NCBI GenBank assembly: GCA_963666515.2
Contig: OY762897.2
Coordinates: forward strand, 64,001-128,000
DNA: 64,000 nt
Origin: Candidatus Binatia bacterium
GTDB lineage: Bacteria; Desulfobacterota; Binatia; UBA9968; JAJDTQ01
Direction of reading: 5' to 3'
Below, piece by piece: positions 19,764 through 27,905 of this stretch (positions are counted from its first letter, which is position 1; each line of letters starts with the position of its first letter). The notes under the pieces are model-generated. The model saw only the letters and a program-made list of their open reading frames with translations, was not told where the DNA came from and made no database searches. The position numbers were made by a program, and so were the translations under genes.

Positions 19764-20609
19764 TCAGCCCGAACAGAGCGTGTGGGTCACGGTGATCCGC
19801 GCGGCCCTGTAGAACTCGTTCAGGAAGTCATCCGGATCGTCATAGCGGCGGTTCGGCACCAGCCGGGCGGGGAAGCTGAACACCAGGGGATCCACCGCGA
19901 AGGGGTAGGGGTCGAGGACGGCGCGGTGCTCGGCCACCGTGTCGATGTGGATACGCACGGGAGGCGCGCCTTTCCTGGTGGGCACGTCCACGTCGTTGAG
20001 CGTGTCGCTGGGGCCCAGCTTCCGCTTCTTGCTGTTCAGGGGATAACGGTTGCAGACGTACTGGGCGAGCTGGTCGAAGACCTCGATGTAGTCGTAGTTG
20101 GTCCAGATCTGCTCCTCGGAGGTGTAGGCGCCGAACTCTTGGGACTCCGCCAGTTCGGCGGCCAGCCGTTTCCTCAAATCCTCCTGGTGGTCGACGTAGG
20201 CGCGCACCCGCGGGTCGGCTGTGCGATCGGGCGGATGGGTGTACTTGCCGTAGCCGGCGTTCATGAGCGCCACCCCGTGCATGGCGATCAGCATGGCCGC
20301 GTAGGGGTCCCGCTGGAGGACGTTGTCCACGACGTTCTTGTAGAAGTCCAGCCTGAGCTGCCCGAGGAACTTGAAGCTGCCGTCGTGGTAGTCCATGGGG
20401 AAGTTTTCGTCGTTCAGCGTGGACGGTCTCATCTCCCATTCCCACCAGCCGTGATCGTGTTCCTGGGCCGCCAGCACCACCGACGCGTACGGCTCCGGGC
20501 GGTCGAACTCCTCGTTGCCCCAGTGGGCGGCGAAGAAGCCCGCCACACGTGAGTGATCGAACTGAAGCGCCAGCATCAACTGCGAATCATTGTAGGGATT
20601 GACCATCAT
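19764..20609 (-). CDS. DUF3891-like protein
   Basis: Q.DHSRVAG.FAAHWGN, AAQEHDHGW..WE, DPYAA.LI.MH, LDPYPF. Confidence 0.75.
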   Translation of the reverse strand: MMVNPYNDSQLMLALQFDHSRVAGFFAAHWGNEEFDRPEPYASVVLAAQEHDHGWWEWEMRPSTLNDENFPMDYHDGSFKFLGQLRLDFYKNVVDNVLQRDPYAAMLIAMHGVALMNAGYGKYTHPPDRTADPRVRAYVDHQEDLRKRLAAELAESQEFGAYTSEEQIWTNYDYIEVFDQLAQYVCNRYPLNSKKRKLGPSDTLNDVDVPTRKGAPPVRIHIDTVAEHRAVLDPYPFAVDPLVFSFPARLVPNRRYDDPDDFLNEFYRAARITVTHTLCSG

Positions 20610-20654
20610 GGCGAATCTTCTCCTGGGCTTGTCCGGGGGGCCTCCGTGGTCCGG

Positions 20655-21629
20655 CTACTTCTTCTTGAGCGCGTCCAGCATCGGCTGGCGGTACTTGCTG
20701 TAGAGGTCCACGAACACCTTCATGTCGCCGGCCGCCGCCGCGGCGTTCCCCGGCACCAGCGGGATACCGAAAGAGGCCGCCCAATCCTTGTACGGCTTGC
20801 TCTCCATGGTCTTCAACAGCAGGCTCTCCCACTTCTTGTGGAGGTCCTTGGGCAGCCCCGGAGGTCCGACCATGGCGCGAAACACCTTGACGATCAGGTT
20901 CTTGTAGCCCAGCTCGATGGCCGTGGGCGTATCCGGCGCGTTCTTGGCGCGGGATTCGCCGAGGTTGACGATGGGCACGATTTCGCCCGACCGGATGTAC
21001 GGCAGCGTGGAGGGGTGGTCGATGGGCTGCGTGAACACGTCGAAGTCGCCCCTAAGCAGGCCCGGCAGCGTCTCGCCGGTGCCGCCGTAGCCCGCCACCA
21101 CGTCGAACGGGATCTTCAGCTCGTTGGCGGCGAGAAACGCGTGGACCCAGCGCGCGATGCCGATGCCCTCCACCCCCCAGGTCACCCGCTTGGCCTTCTG
21201 CAGGTCCTCGACGGTGCGGTAGGGCGATTCCCGGCGGACCAGCAACGCCTCCGCCTCCTGCGAGCTGACCACCGCAAGCCAGGTGAACTTGTCGATGTCG
21301 TAGCCGACGTTGCTGCGGATCATCTGGGTTCCCAGCATCCCGTCGGCGTAGATGTGTCCGATGGTGTAGCCGTCGGGCCTGGCGCGGTACATGGCGACGG
21401 TGCCGGTGATGCCGCCGGCGCCGACGACGTTCTTGACGACGATGTCGACGTTCTTCGGAATGAAGGGTTTCATGTAGCGGCCCAGGGCCCTGGCGATGGC
21501 GTCGAACCCGCCTCCGGGCGAAGCGTGCACGAGAATCGTGACGGTCCGGTTGGGGAAATCGGCGTGAGCGGTGTTGGCGAATACGACGAGGCCGAAGGCG
21601 GCGATAACGGCGGCGAAGGTCCTTTTCAT
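20655..21629 (-). CDS. Tripartite tricarboxylate transporter substrate-binding protein (TctC/Bug)
   Basis: SPGGGFD..AR, NVVGAGG, ARPDGYTI, GPPGLP. Confidence 0.9.
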   Translation of the reverse strand: MKRTFAAVIAAFGLVVFANTAHADFPNRTVTILVHASPGGGFDAIARALGRYMKPFIPKNVDIVVKNVVGAGGITGTVAMYRARPDGYTIGHIYADGMLGTQMIRSNVGYDIDKFTWLAVVSSQEAEALLVRRESPYRTVEDLQKAKRVTWGVEGIGIARWVHAFLAANELKIPFDVVAGYGGTGETLPGLLRGDFDVFTQPIDHPSTLPYIRSGEIVPIVNLGESRAKNAPDTPTAIELGYKNLIVKVFRAMVGPPGLPKDLHKKWESLLLKTMESKPYKDWAASFGIPLVPGNAAAAAGDMKVFVDLYSKYRQPMLDALKKK

Positions 21630-21748
21630 GTCACCCTCCTTGATTGCGGTTGTGCGGTTGAAGCGAAACGGGCCGCATTATAGGGTCGGGCCGAAGGCGG
21701 TGTCAACGATGGCGTTTCCAGTTCCGTGCCCGGAAAGGATGGCGCAAC

Positions 21749-23311
21749 ATGAACATGACCAGACGAAATTTCATCCAGTCCCTCGGCGTGGTCGCCGGGG
21801 TGGAGGCCGCTCACCGGACCATGCAGGCGCTGGGGCTGTCGGGGGCGGGCGAGGGCCACGCCGCTTCCCTGGAGTTGCCGCGCGGCTCGGGACAGGGAAA
21901 GAGCGTCGTCATTCTCGGAGCCGGCATCTCCGGCATGACCGCCGCTTACGAGCTGTCGAAGGCCGGATACCGCTGCACGATCCTGGAGGCCACGGGCCGC
22001 GCCGGCGGGCGCAACCTCACGGTGCGCGGCGGCGACGTGATCGAGGAGACCGGCGGCCGGCAACGGGTGCACTTCGACCGCGGAGACCACCTCTACGCCA
22101 ATATGGGGCCGGCCCGCATTCCCTATCACCACCGGGCGGTCCTCGGTTACTGCAAGGAGTTCGGCGTCGATCTGGAGGTCTTCACCAACGACAACCGTGC
22201 GGCTCTGTTCCACAACCGGGAACGCTTCGGCGGCAAGCCCGTGGCGGCTCGCCAAGTCATCACCGACACCCGCGGCTACGTCGCCGAGCTTCTCGCCAAG
22301 GCAGTGAACGCCGACGTCCTGGACAGCGAACTGACGGGCGAGGACAAGGAACGCATCCTGGAAATGCTGGTCCGGTACGGCGGCCTGGATCCGGACCGGC
22401 TCTACAAGGGCTCGAACCGCGGCGGCTATCGCGGCACGCAACTCCATGCCGGCCTCAAGGCCGGGGAGGTGAACTCCCCGCTGGACCTGAGCGAGCTGCT
22501 CAAGGCGGACTTCTGGCAGTACAAGCTCCACTTCAGCCAGTTCCTCAACCAGAACCCAACGCTGTTCCAGCCCGTCGGCGGCATGGACGCCATCGCCAGG
22601 GCCTTCGAGCAGCGCGTCGGGCCGCTCGTTCGGTATCGAAGCGTGGTCAAGGAACTTCGGAAGACCGCCGGGGGCGTTCGCGTCGTCTACAGGCAGGCGG
22701 GACGGGACGCCAACGACGCCGTCGACGCGGATTTCGCCATCTGCACCATACCCGCTCCCGTGCTCAAGGACATTCCCAATGACCTGTCCCCGGAGACCCG
22801 CGCGACCATCGAGTCGATCGAGTTCGTGTCCGCGGTCAAGGTCGCCTTCCAGGCCCGCCGCCGCTTCTGGGAGGAGGACCACGCCATCTACGGCGGCATC
22901 TCGTGGACCGACCAGGACATCACGCAGATCTGGTATCCGCCCTACGGCTATCACCGGGACAAGGGGATCATCGTCGGCGCCTACATATGGGACGAGGAGC
23001 CGGGACTGCGCTTCGGCGCCATGACCCCGGCGGAGCGGCTGCGGGCCGCCGTCGCCGAGGGCGAGCGCATCCATCCGGAGTATGGCGCGGAAATGGAGTC
23101 CGGGATCAGTCTGGCCTGGGCCCAGCGGCCCTTCCAGAAAGGCGGCTGGCCGAAAAGCCGTCACAAGTCGCCGGAAGCGCTGCAAAAGCCCGACGGACCC
23201 ATCCACTTCGCCGGCGATCAGGTGACCGGCCTGCCCGGATGGCAGGAGGGCGCCGTGCTGGGAGCCTACATGGCGGTCAAGGCCATCAACGCGCGGGTTA
23301 CGGCAAAGTAG
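21749..23311 (+). CDS. Tat-exported flavin amine oxidase / L-amino acid oxidase family
   Basis: TRRNF Tat motif, GAGISG, EA..RAGGR, GPARIP, GWQEGA. Confidence 0.88.
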   Translation: MNMTRRNFIQSLGVVAGVEAAHRTMQALGLSGAGEGHAASLELPRGSGQGKSVVILGAGISGMTAAYELSKAGYRCTILEATGRAGGRNLTVRGGDVIEETGGRQRVHFDRGDHLYANMGPARIPYHHRAVLGYCKEFGVDLEVFTNDNRAALFHNRERFGGKPVAARQVITDTRGYVAELLAKAVNADVLDSELTGEDKERILEMLVRYGGLDPDRLYKGSNRGGYRGTQLHAGLKAGEVNSPLDLSELLKADFWQYKLHFSQFLNQNPTLFQPVGGMDAIARAFEQRVGPLVRYRSVVKELRKTAGGVRVVYRQAGRDANDAVDADFAICTIPAPVLKDIPNDLSPETRATIESIEFVSAVKVAFQARRRFWEEDHAIYGGISWTDQDITQIWYPPYGYHRDKGIIVGAYIWDEEPGLRFGAMTPAERLRAAVAEGERIHPEYGAEMESGISLAWAQRPFQKGGWPKSRHKSPEALQKPDGPIHFAGDQVTGLPGWQEGAVLGAYMAVKAINARVTAK

Positions 23312-23481
23312 AAGGGGACTCCGGATGCAGTGGGCAACGAGTTTCTCCGGGCAGCGTCAAAAATCGCACGTGACACCGTTGACCCGGCCGGTTTCGATGC
23401 TTACCTTTTCTTTCGACAGGGAGCTCCACGGAATACGCGAAAGCATTGCAGCAAAGGGTTTCAGGGAAGGAGGAATGGAAA

Positions 23482-23940
23482 ATGTTGGGACGTGAAGTGA
23501 CAAGATGGCACCCGTTCGTATTCGGCGGACACCGCGACCTGGATGCCGTGCTCGACCGGTTCCTGGGGCGCCGCGAGCCGGACGCCGGCTGGACGCCTCC
23601 GATGGACGCGTACGCCAGGGACGGCCTCTATGTCTTCCGCGTCGATCTGCCGGGAGTGGACCCCAAGGACCTGGACATCCAGGTGGAAGGACGAGTCCTG
23701 ACCATCAGGGGCGAGCGGAAGGCCGAGGAGAAGGACCACTACCACAAGGAGACCTTCCACGGCAGGTTCGAGCGCGCGGTGCGGCTGCCCAACGGCATCG
23801 ACGCCGACAAGGTCGAGGCCCGGTACAGCAACGGCGTGATCGAGGTTTCGGTGCCGCTGCCCGCCAAGGCAGTGGGGCGCAAGGTGCCCATCCAGAGCGA
23901 AGGCGGCGAGGCGCCGTCCATCGAGCACAACGCCGGGTGA
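23482..23940 (+). CDS. Hsp20/alpha-crystallin small heat-shock protein
   Basis: DLPGVDP, LTIRGER, GRFER..RLP, A.YSNGVIEV; RBS AGGAGG; upstream TTGACC-N17-TACCTT. Confidence 0.93.
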   Translation: MLGREVTRWHPFVFGGHRDLDAVLDRFLGRREPDAGWTPPMDAYARDGLYVFRVDLPGVDPKDLDIQVEGRVLTIRGERKAEEKDHYHKETFHGRFERAVRLPNGIDADKVEARYSNGVIEVSVPLPAKAVGRKVPIQSEGGEAPSIEHNAG

Positions 23941-23977
23941 GCCGCGGACGAGCCGGCTGAACCGGCGCAGACACGGC

Positions 23978-24009
23978 AAAGGGGTCTCTCGAAAGAGAGG
24001 CCCCTTTTT
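23978..24009 (+). terminator. Rho-independent terminator
   Basis: AAAGGGGTCTCTC-GAAA-GAGAGGCCCC-TTTTT. Confidence 0.88.
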
Positions 24010-24035
24010 GCTTTCTCACACTTCCACGATGGGCT

Positions 24036-24098
24036 GGCCGATGATCCACCGGCTGAGGCCGATGATCCACCGGCTGAGGCCGATGATCCACCGGCTGA
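24036..24098. repeat. Perfect 21-bp tandem repeat x3
   Basis: GGCCGATGATCCACCGGCTGA at 24036, 24057 and 24078. Confidence 0.95.
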
Positions 24099-24179
24099 AG
24101 ACGGTGTAGCCGACCGGCTCATTGACAAACGAGGTCAAAAGACAATACAGGGAAACCAAATCAACATGGAGGTGGAACC

Positions 24180-25226
24180 ATGGGTAGCGCGACTTGTGTC
24201 GATACGGATGGGCACGTCCTCGAACGGCAGGCGGATATCCGCAAGTACCTGGAGGCGCCTTGGAACGAGCGCCCGACGCCGCTGTGGCCGGGAGACCAGC
24301 CTTGGGACCCGAACCTGTTCAACGGCTTCAAGATGTCCGTGAACTGGGAGGGCCTGTCGCCGGAGGAGCAGGTGCGGCGCTGGCACACGCTCATGGACAA
24401 GCAGGACATGGAGGTGGCCATCTGCTTCCCCACGGGCTCGGGCAACATCGCCAAGAACCAGGAAGTGCCGTACCAGATCGCGGTAACCAAGGCCGCCAAC
24501 ACCCACTTCGCCAAGGAGTACAACGCGCTGTCGAACCGGCTGAGCTGCGTCGGGGTGCTGCCCATGAGGGCGCCGGAAGAGGCCGCCAAGGAACTCCGCC
24601 GCTCGGTCAACGAGCTCGGCCTCAAGGGCTTCGAGATCCTGCCCACGGGGCTGCCCATCGCTCTCGGCGAGACCTACTACGATCCCATCTACAAGGCGGC
24701 TGAGGAAGAAGGCGTGGTGCTGGGCGTCCACGGCACCCGCAACACCTCACGCGAGCTGGGGGCCTCCATCCTCAGCACTTTCGCCGAGGTCCACTCCTAC
24801 GCCTTCACCGCCGGCATCCTGCTGCAGTTCACCAGCATGGTCTGCCAGGGCATCACCGAGCGGTTCCCGAAGCTCAAGATCGCCTTCCTGGAGATCGGCG
24901 CCACGTGGCTTCCCTACTACATGGACCGGCTTGACGAGCACTGGGAGAAGCGCGGCGCCCACGAGATGCCGCTGCTCAAGCAGAAGCCCAGCGACGTGGT
25001 GCGCGAGTCCAACATGTACTTCAGCCTGGAGTCCGGCGAGTCCCAGCTTGCCGCCACCGTGGACTACATGGGCAGCGATCACTTCGTCTACGCCTCCGAC
25101 ATCCCGCACTGGGACAACGAGTTCCCCGAGAACCTGCACCATCTCAGGAACCACCCGGACCTGTCGGACGAAGTAAAGGAGAAGATCCTCCGCAAGAACG
25201 CCCAGCGGCTGTTCGATCTCAACTGA
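24180..25226 (+). CDS. Amidohydrolase_2 family protein
   Basis: DTDGHVLE, VHG, FPKLKIAFLEIG..WLP, YASDIPHWD. Confidence 0.9.
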   Translation: MGSATCVDTDGHVLERQADIRKYLEAPWNERPTPLWPGDQPWDPNLFNGFKMSVNWEGLSPEEQVRRWHTLMDKQDMEVAICFPTGSGNIAKNQEVPYQIAVTKAANTHFAKEYNALSNRLSCVGVLPMRAPEEAAKELRRSVNELGLKGFEILPTGLPIALGETYYDPIYKAAEEEGVVLGVHGTRNTSRELGASILSTFAEVHSYAFTAGILLQFTSMVCQGITERFPKLKIAFLEIGATWLPYYMDRLDEHWEKRGAHEMPLLKQKPSDVVRESNMYFSLESGESQLAATVDYMGSDHFVYASDIPHWDNEFPENLHHLRNHPDLSDEVKEKILRKNAQRLFDLN

Positions 25227-25251
25227 CGCGGGGTGTGTTGGAAAGACGGCG

Positions 25252-25281
25252 TGCAGGGGCGACCGGCCGGTCGCCCCTGCA
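25252..25281. repeat. REP-like palindrome
   Basis: TGCAGGGGCGACC-GGCC-GGTCGCCCCTGCA. Confidence 0.8.
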
Positions 25282-25330
25282 TCCGCTCGGAATGAACTCG
25301 TACCAGCTTCTGGAGGCACAAGGATCTCGC

Positions 25331-25600
25331 ATGCCGGCCATTTCCATGTTTTACGGTATCATCGTCTACATGTACTTCCTCGACAACCGGGGACACAGCA
25401 GGCCGCATGTGCACGCCAAGTATCAGGGTCATGAAGCGGTGGTTGCGATACCGGACGGGGAGGTCCTGGAAGGCGAGATCCCGAATCCCAAGATGAAGCT
25501 GTTGCAGGCATGGATCGAACTCCATAAGGAAGAGCTGGAGGCGAACTGGGAACTTGCCGCGTCGGGACAGCAACCCTACAAGATCGACCCCTTGAGGTGA
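25331..25600 (+). CDS. DUF4160 family protein (putative TA component)
   Basis: MPAISMFYGIIVYMYF..H..PHVHA.Y, WIELHKEELEANW. Confidence 0.88.
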   Translation: MPAISMFYGIIVYMYFLDNRGHSRPHVHAKYQGHEAVVAIPDGEVLEGEIPNPKMKLLQAWIELHKEELEANWELAASGQQPYKIDPLR

Positions 25601-25860
25601 TAATTGTGAACCCCAGAGTGTCGGAAGTCACGGTATTGGGCAGGAAGAGACTGAAGCTCCGGTTCGACAACGGCGAGCAGGGCATCTACGACTGTTCGGG
25701 CTTGTTGGACTTCGGGGTCTTTCAGGAGCTACAGGACGATAAGTACTTCCAACAGGTAAGGGTTCTGGACGGGACCGTTGTCTGGCCCCACGAACAGGAC
25801 ATATGCCCGGACACGCTCTACATGGACTCGACAATGATCGTGGGCACCCATTCCCGATGA
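25597..25860 (+). CDS. DUF2442 family protein (putative TA partner)
   Basis: L.L.FDNGE, GVFQEL.D..YF.QV, GTVVWPHEQDICPDTLY; overlaps the DUF4160 stop. Confidence 0.88.
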   Translation: MIIVNPRVSEVTVLGRKRLKLRFDNGEQGIYDCSGLLDFGVFQELQDDKYFQQVRVLDGTVVWPHEQDICPDTLYMDSTMIVGTHSR

Positions 25861-25876
25861 GGATAGCCAATGCTCG

Positions 25877-26389
25877 TCAACTTTGAACGAGTTGAAGGTT
25901 CATTAGCCGGTAGGTCATGGCCTGCGTACTTACCTCAAATTTCCTTGCCAGGATTTCTAGTCCATCGTCCTCGGTCAAATCGAAGGGCTGTTCCTCAAAA
26001 GCCTTGCGGACCCAGTCGGCAGGCATGAGTAAGGCCGCAGCGAAGATGTTGGCGTCGATTTCTTCCTGCTTCGTGCCTGATCCAGACTCAAGGTCGCGGA
26101 AATTTACGCGATACCCCTTGTCTACATAAGTGTCCCCGTCGTGCAGGAGAAAATGACCGATTTCGTGTGCGATACTGAAACGTCGCCGGTTCGTATGGTG
26201 ACCCCAGTTGACACCAATGGTAGCTCCTTCGGCGTTACGGACAAGCACACCCGAACAATCCTCGCCAAGATCTGCCAATCTTATCTGTATTCCCAGGTGG
26301 TCCGCGATTCGGTCCACGGCAACCGGGGCGCTACGTACGCCCACCTCTGCGAGCAACTCCGCAGCTCTGCTTTCGGGTGTCTTCGACAT
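25877..26389 (-). CDS. ImmA/IrrE family Zn metallopeptidase
   Basis: RRRFSIAHEIGH (HExxH), E.DANIFAAALLMP, FEVS.QAM.YRL. Confidence 0.93.
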   Translation of the reverse strand: MSKTPESRAAELLAEVGVRSAPVAVDRIADHLGIQIRLADLGEDCSGVLVRNAEGATIGVNWGHHTNRRRFSIAHEIGHFLLHDGDTYVDKGYRVNFRDLESGSGTKQEEIDANIFAAALLMPADWVRKAFEEQPFDLTEDDGLEILARKFEVSTQAMTYRLMNLQLVQS

Positions 26390-26395
26390 TGCCGC

Positions 26396-26755
26396 TCACC
26401 TCTTTAGGTTTTCGGCGATGAACGAGGCGACTTGGTTGTGGCTGTCGCCTGCCACCTTCTTTTGTCGACTCGAAATTTTGAGTTTTTTTGCACGTGTTTC
26501 GCGCAGTGAGGACTCCTCCCGCCCTGGCAAGAGTGAGCGCAAGTCAATCCCGAGTGCATCGGCTAGCAGCCAGAGTGTGTGAAGGGTTGGCCGTTGGTTT
26601 CCACTTTCGATGTTGGCGACAGAGCCCCTGGCGAGGTTACAGCGATTGGCAAGCTGGGTCTGAGAAAGCTTTGCCTCACGTCGCCGCCGTCCTAAATTTC
26701 TTCCTACGAGTTCATAGAGCCACTCGGAATCGGGTACCCGTCGCATTTTCATCAC
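26396..26755 (-). CDS. XRE-family HTH regulator
   Basis: LSQTQLA..CNLARGSVANIESGNQRPTL. Confidence 0.9.
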   Translation of the reverse strand: MMKMRRVPDSEWLYELVGRNLGRRRREAKLSQTQLANRCNLARGSVANIESGNQRPTLHTLWLLADALGIDLRSLLPGREESSLRETRAKKLKISSRQKKVAGDSHNQVASFIAENLKR

Positions 26756-26853
26756 AACTATACGAGATTTCCTGTGGTGTCAACCAATAAAAAGCGGGCG
26801 GAGAGCGTCCCTGTAGTGTGTGTTAATACAAAGCAAAATCTGCCTTTCATTAG

Positions 26854-26882
26854 TTGACACTCGCTGTCAAGGACACTAGACT
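26854..26882 (+). promoter_or_regulatory. Sigma70 promoter with inverted-repeat operator
   Basis: TTGACA-N17-TAGACT; palindrome TTGACA-CTCGC-TGTCAA overlaps the -35. Confidence 0.7.
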
Positions 26883-26884
26883 AC

Positions 26885-26962
26885 CAGAAAGACGAAACGG
26901 CCGAGGTGACGCTCGACCGTTTCGATAGACCCCGGGAGGGTCTCGCACAAGGATTGAGTAGC
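26885..26962 (-). ncRNA. Predicted cis-antisense sRNA
   Basis: Minus-strand promoter TTGACG-N17-TACAAG (26996-26968); hairpin 26893-26924 followed by TCTTTCT on the minus strand. Confidence 0.45.
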
Positions 26963-27025
26963 TTTTTCTTGTAGCGCACACCCCTTGTCCCGTCAAGGCC
27001 CTCCCTCAACCAAATGGAGGGCTCC

Positions 27026-27376
27026 ATGGCCGATATATCTCATCCACCTCCTGTAGAACCGGATCAGAAGCCCGGTCTGTTCGGGAGACTCAGATCGCGC
27101 AAAACAGTCGAGGACAAGATCAAACTCCGTCGAAGTAAAGTACGGGTGGTTGTCACCTATGGTGCGGCTGCATTTCTCTTCGCCGGCGGAGCATTGTTCA
27201 TCGGCTATCTTGTTTTGTACCCGGCGGAGAAAGAAGTGGTGACGCTAACCCTGGCGAAGGAAATATTCTTCGTTCTCGTCCCTGTCGCCACGTCCATCGT
27301 CACCTTCTGGTTCGCTGGCCAAAGGGGGGAAGACACAGGTACGCAACCACGTCCGGATGACGGGAGCCAGGGCTAA
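27026..27376 (+). CDS. Small 2-TM membrane protein of unknown function
   Basis: GGAGG RBS; two hydrophobic segments, the second ending VTFWFAG. Confidence 0.7.
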   Translation: MADISHPPPVEPDQKPGLFGRLRSRKTVEDKIKLRRSKVRVVVTYGAAAFLFAGGALFIGYLVLYPAEKEVVTLTLAKEIFFVLVPVATSIVTFWFAGQRGEDTGTQPRPDDGSQG

Positions 27377-27434
27377 ACCTGTCACGACCTGTGCCCAGCA
27401 CGAGCAGCTCCACTCGCCGTCGGGGCCCCGCCGG

Positions 27435-27671
27435 TCATGGGCGTGGAAATGATGAAAGGAGGTTATGAAGATATGTTGCCACCCTAACGAAGAGTCCGGT
27501 TGTCGTTGTTGCGGGGATTTTGGTCACAATTTCGCCCTCTACTTTCCCGAAGTGGATAGCGGACAAACGGGCTTGGGCGTCCTCAAAACCCTGTGCCATT
27601 ATTTCTAAGCACCACTTCTTCCCTTGGTAGTAGTAGGTGCACTCAAACAGTCTATAAGGAGACTGATCCAT
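27435..27671 (-). CDS. Hypothetical protein (start uncertain: 27683, 27671 or 27600)
   Basis: Open frame in a low-GC segment, protein-like composition (YYYQGKKWCLEIMA..EDAQARL). Confidence 0.5.
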   Translation of the reverse strand: MDQSPYRLFECTYYYQGKKWCLEIMAQGFEDAQARLSAIHFGKVEGEIVTKIPATTTTGLFVRVATYLHNLLSSFPRP

Positions 27672-27837
27672 GTACTTCACCATTTATCGAGACTCAGCAG
27701 GAGAGTGGCGATGGAACCTCAAGGCGGGAAACCATGAAGTCATCGCTTCCGGAGAAGGCTATGTGAACAAGAGCGACTGCGAGCATGCCGTCGGTCTCGT
27801 CAAGTCCTCCTCCAATGCCCCCGTTCGCGAGGCATGA
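27670..27837 (+). CDS. YegP/DUF1508 family protein (55 aa, below the track cutoff)
   Basis: RBS AAGGAG; MYFTIYRDSAGEWRWNLKAGNHEVIASGEGYVNKSDCEHAV. Confidence 0.88.
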   Translation: MYFTIYRDSAGEWRWNLKAGNHEVIASGEGYVNKSDCEHAVGLVKSSSNAPVREA

Positions 27838-27844
27838 CCCGGAT

Positions 27845-27879
27845 CGGGCAGCAGGCACCATAGGCGGACCTGCTGCCCG
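27845..27879. terminator. Hairpin between convergent genes
   Basis: CGGGCAGCAGG...CCTGCTGCCCG. Confidence 0.6.
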
Positions 27880-27905
27880 TTCACTTCCATTTCGAGAGAT
27901 GGGTC

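Noticed and set aside
23311-23481. ROSE/CIRCE heat-shock element before hsp20
   Set aside because: No CIRCE inverted repeat and no convincing ROSE motif pairing with the RBS were seen
24036-24098. Possible CRISPR array
   Set aside because: Repeats are contiguous with no spacers, and there are no cas genes in the window
17694-27900. Single integrative island or prophage from the tRNA to yegP
   Set aside because: No integrase, att repeat or phage structural genes; the intervening genes look like host metabolic genes
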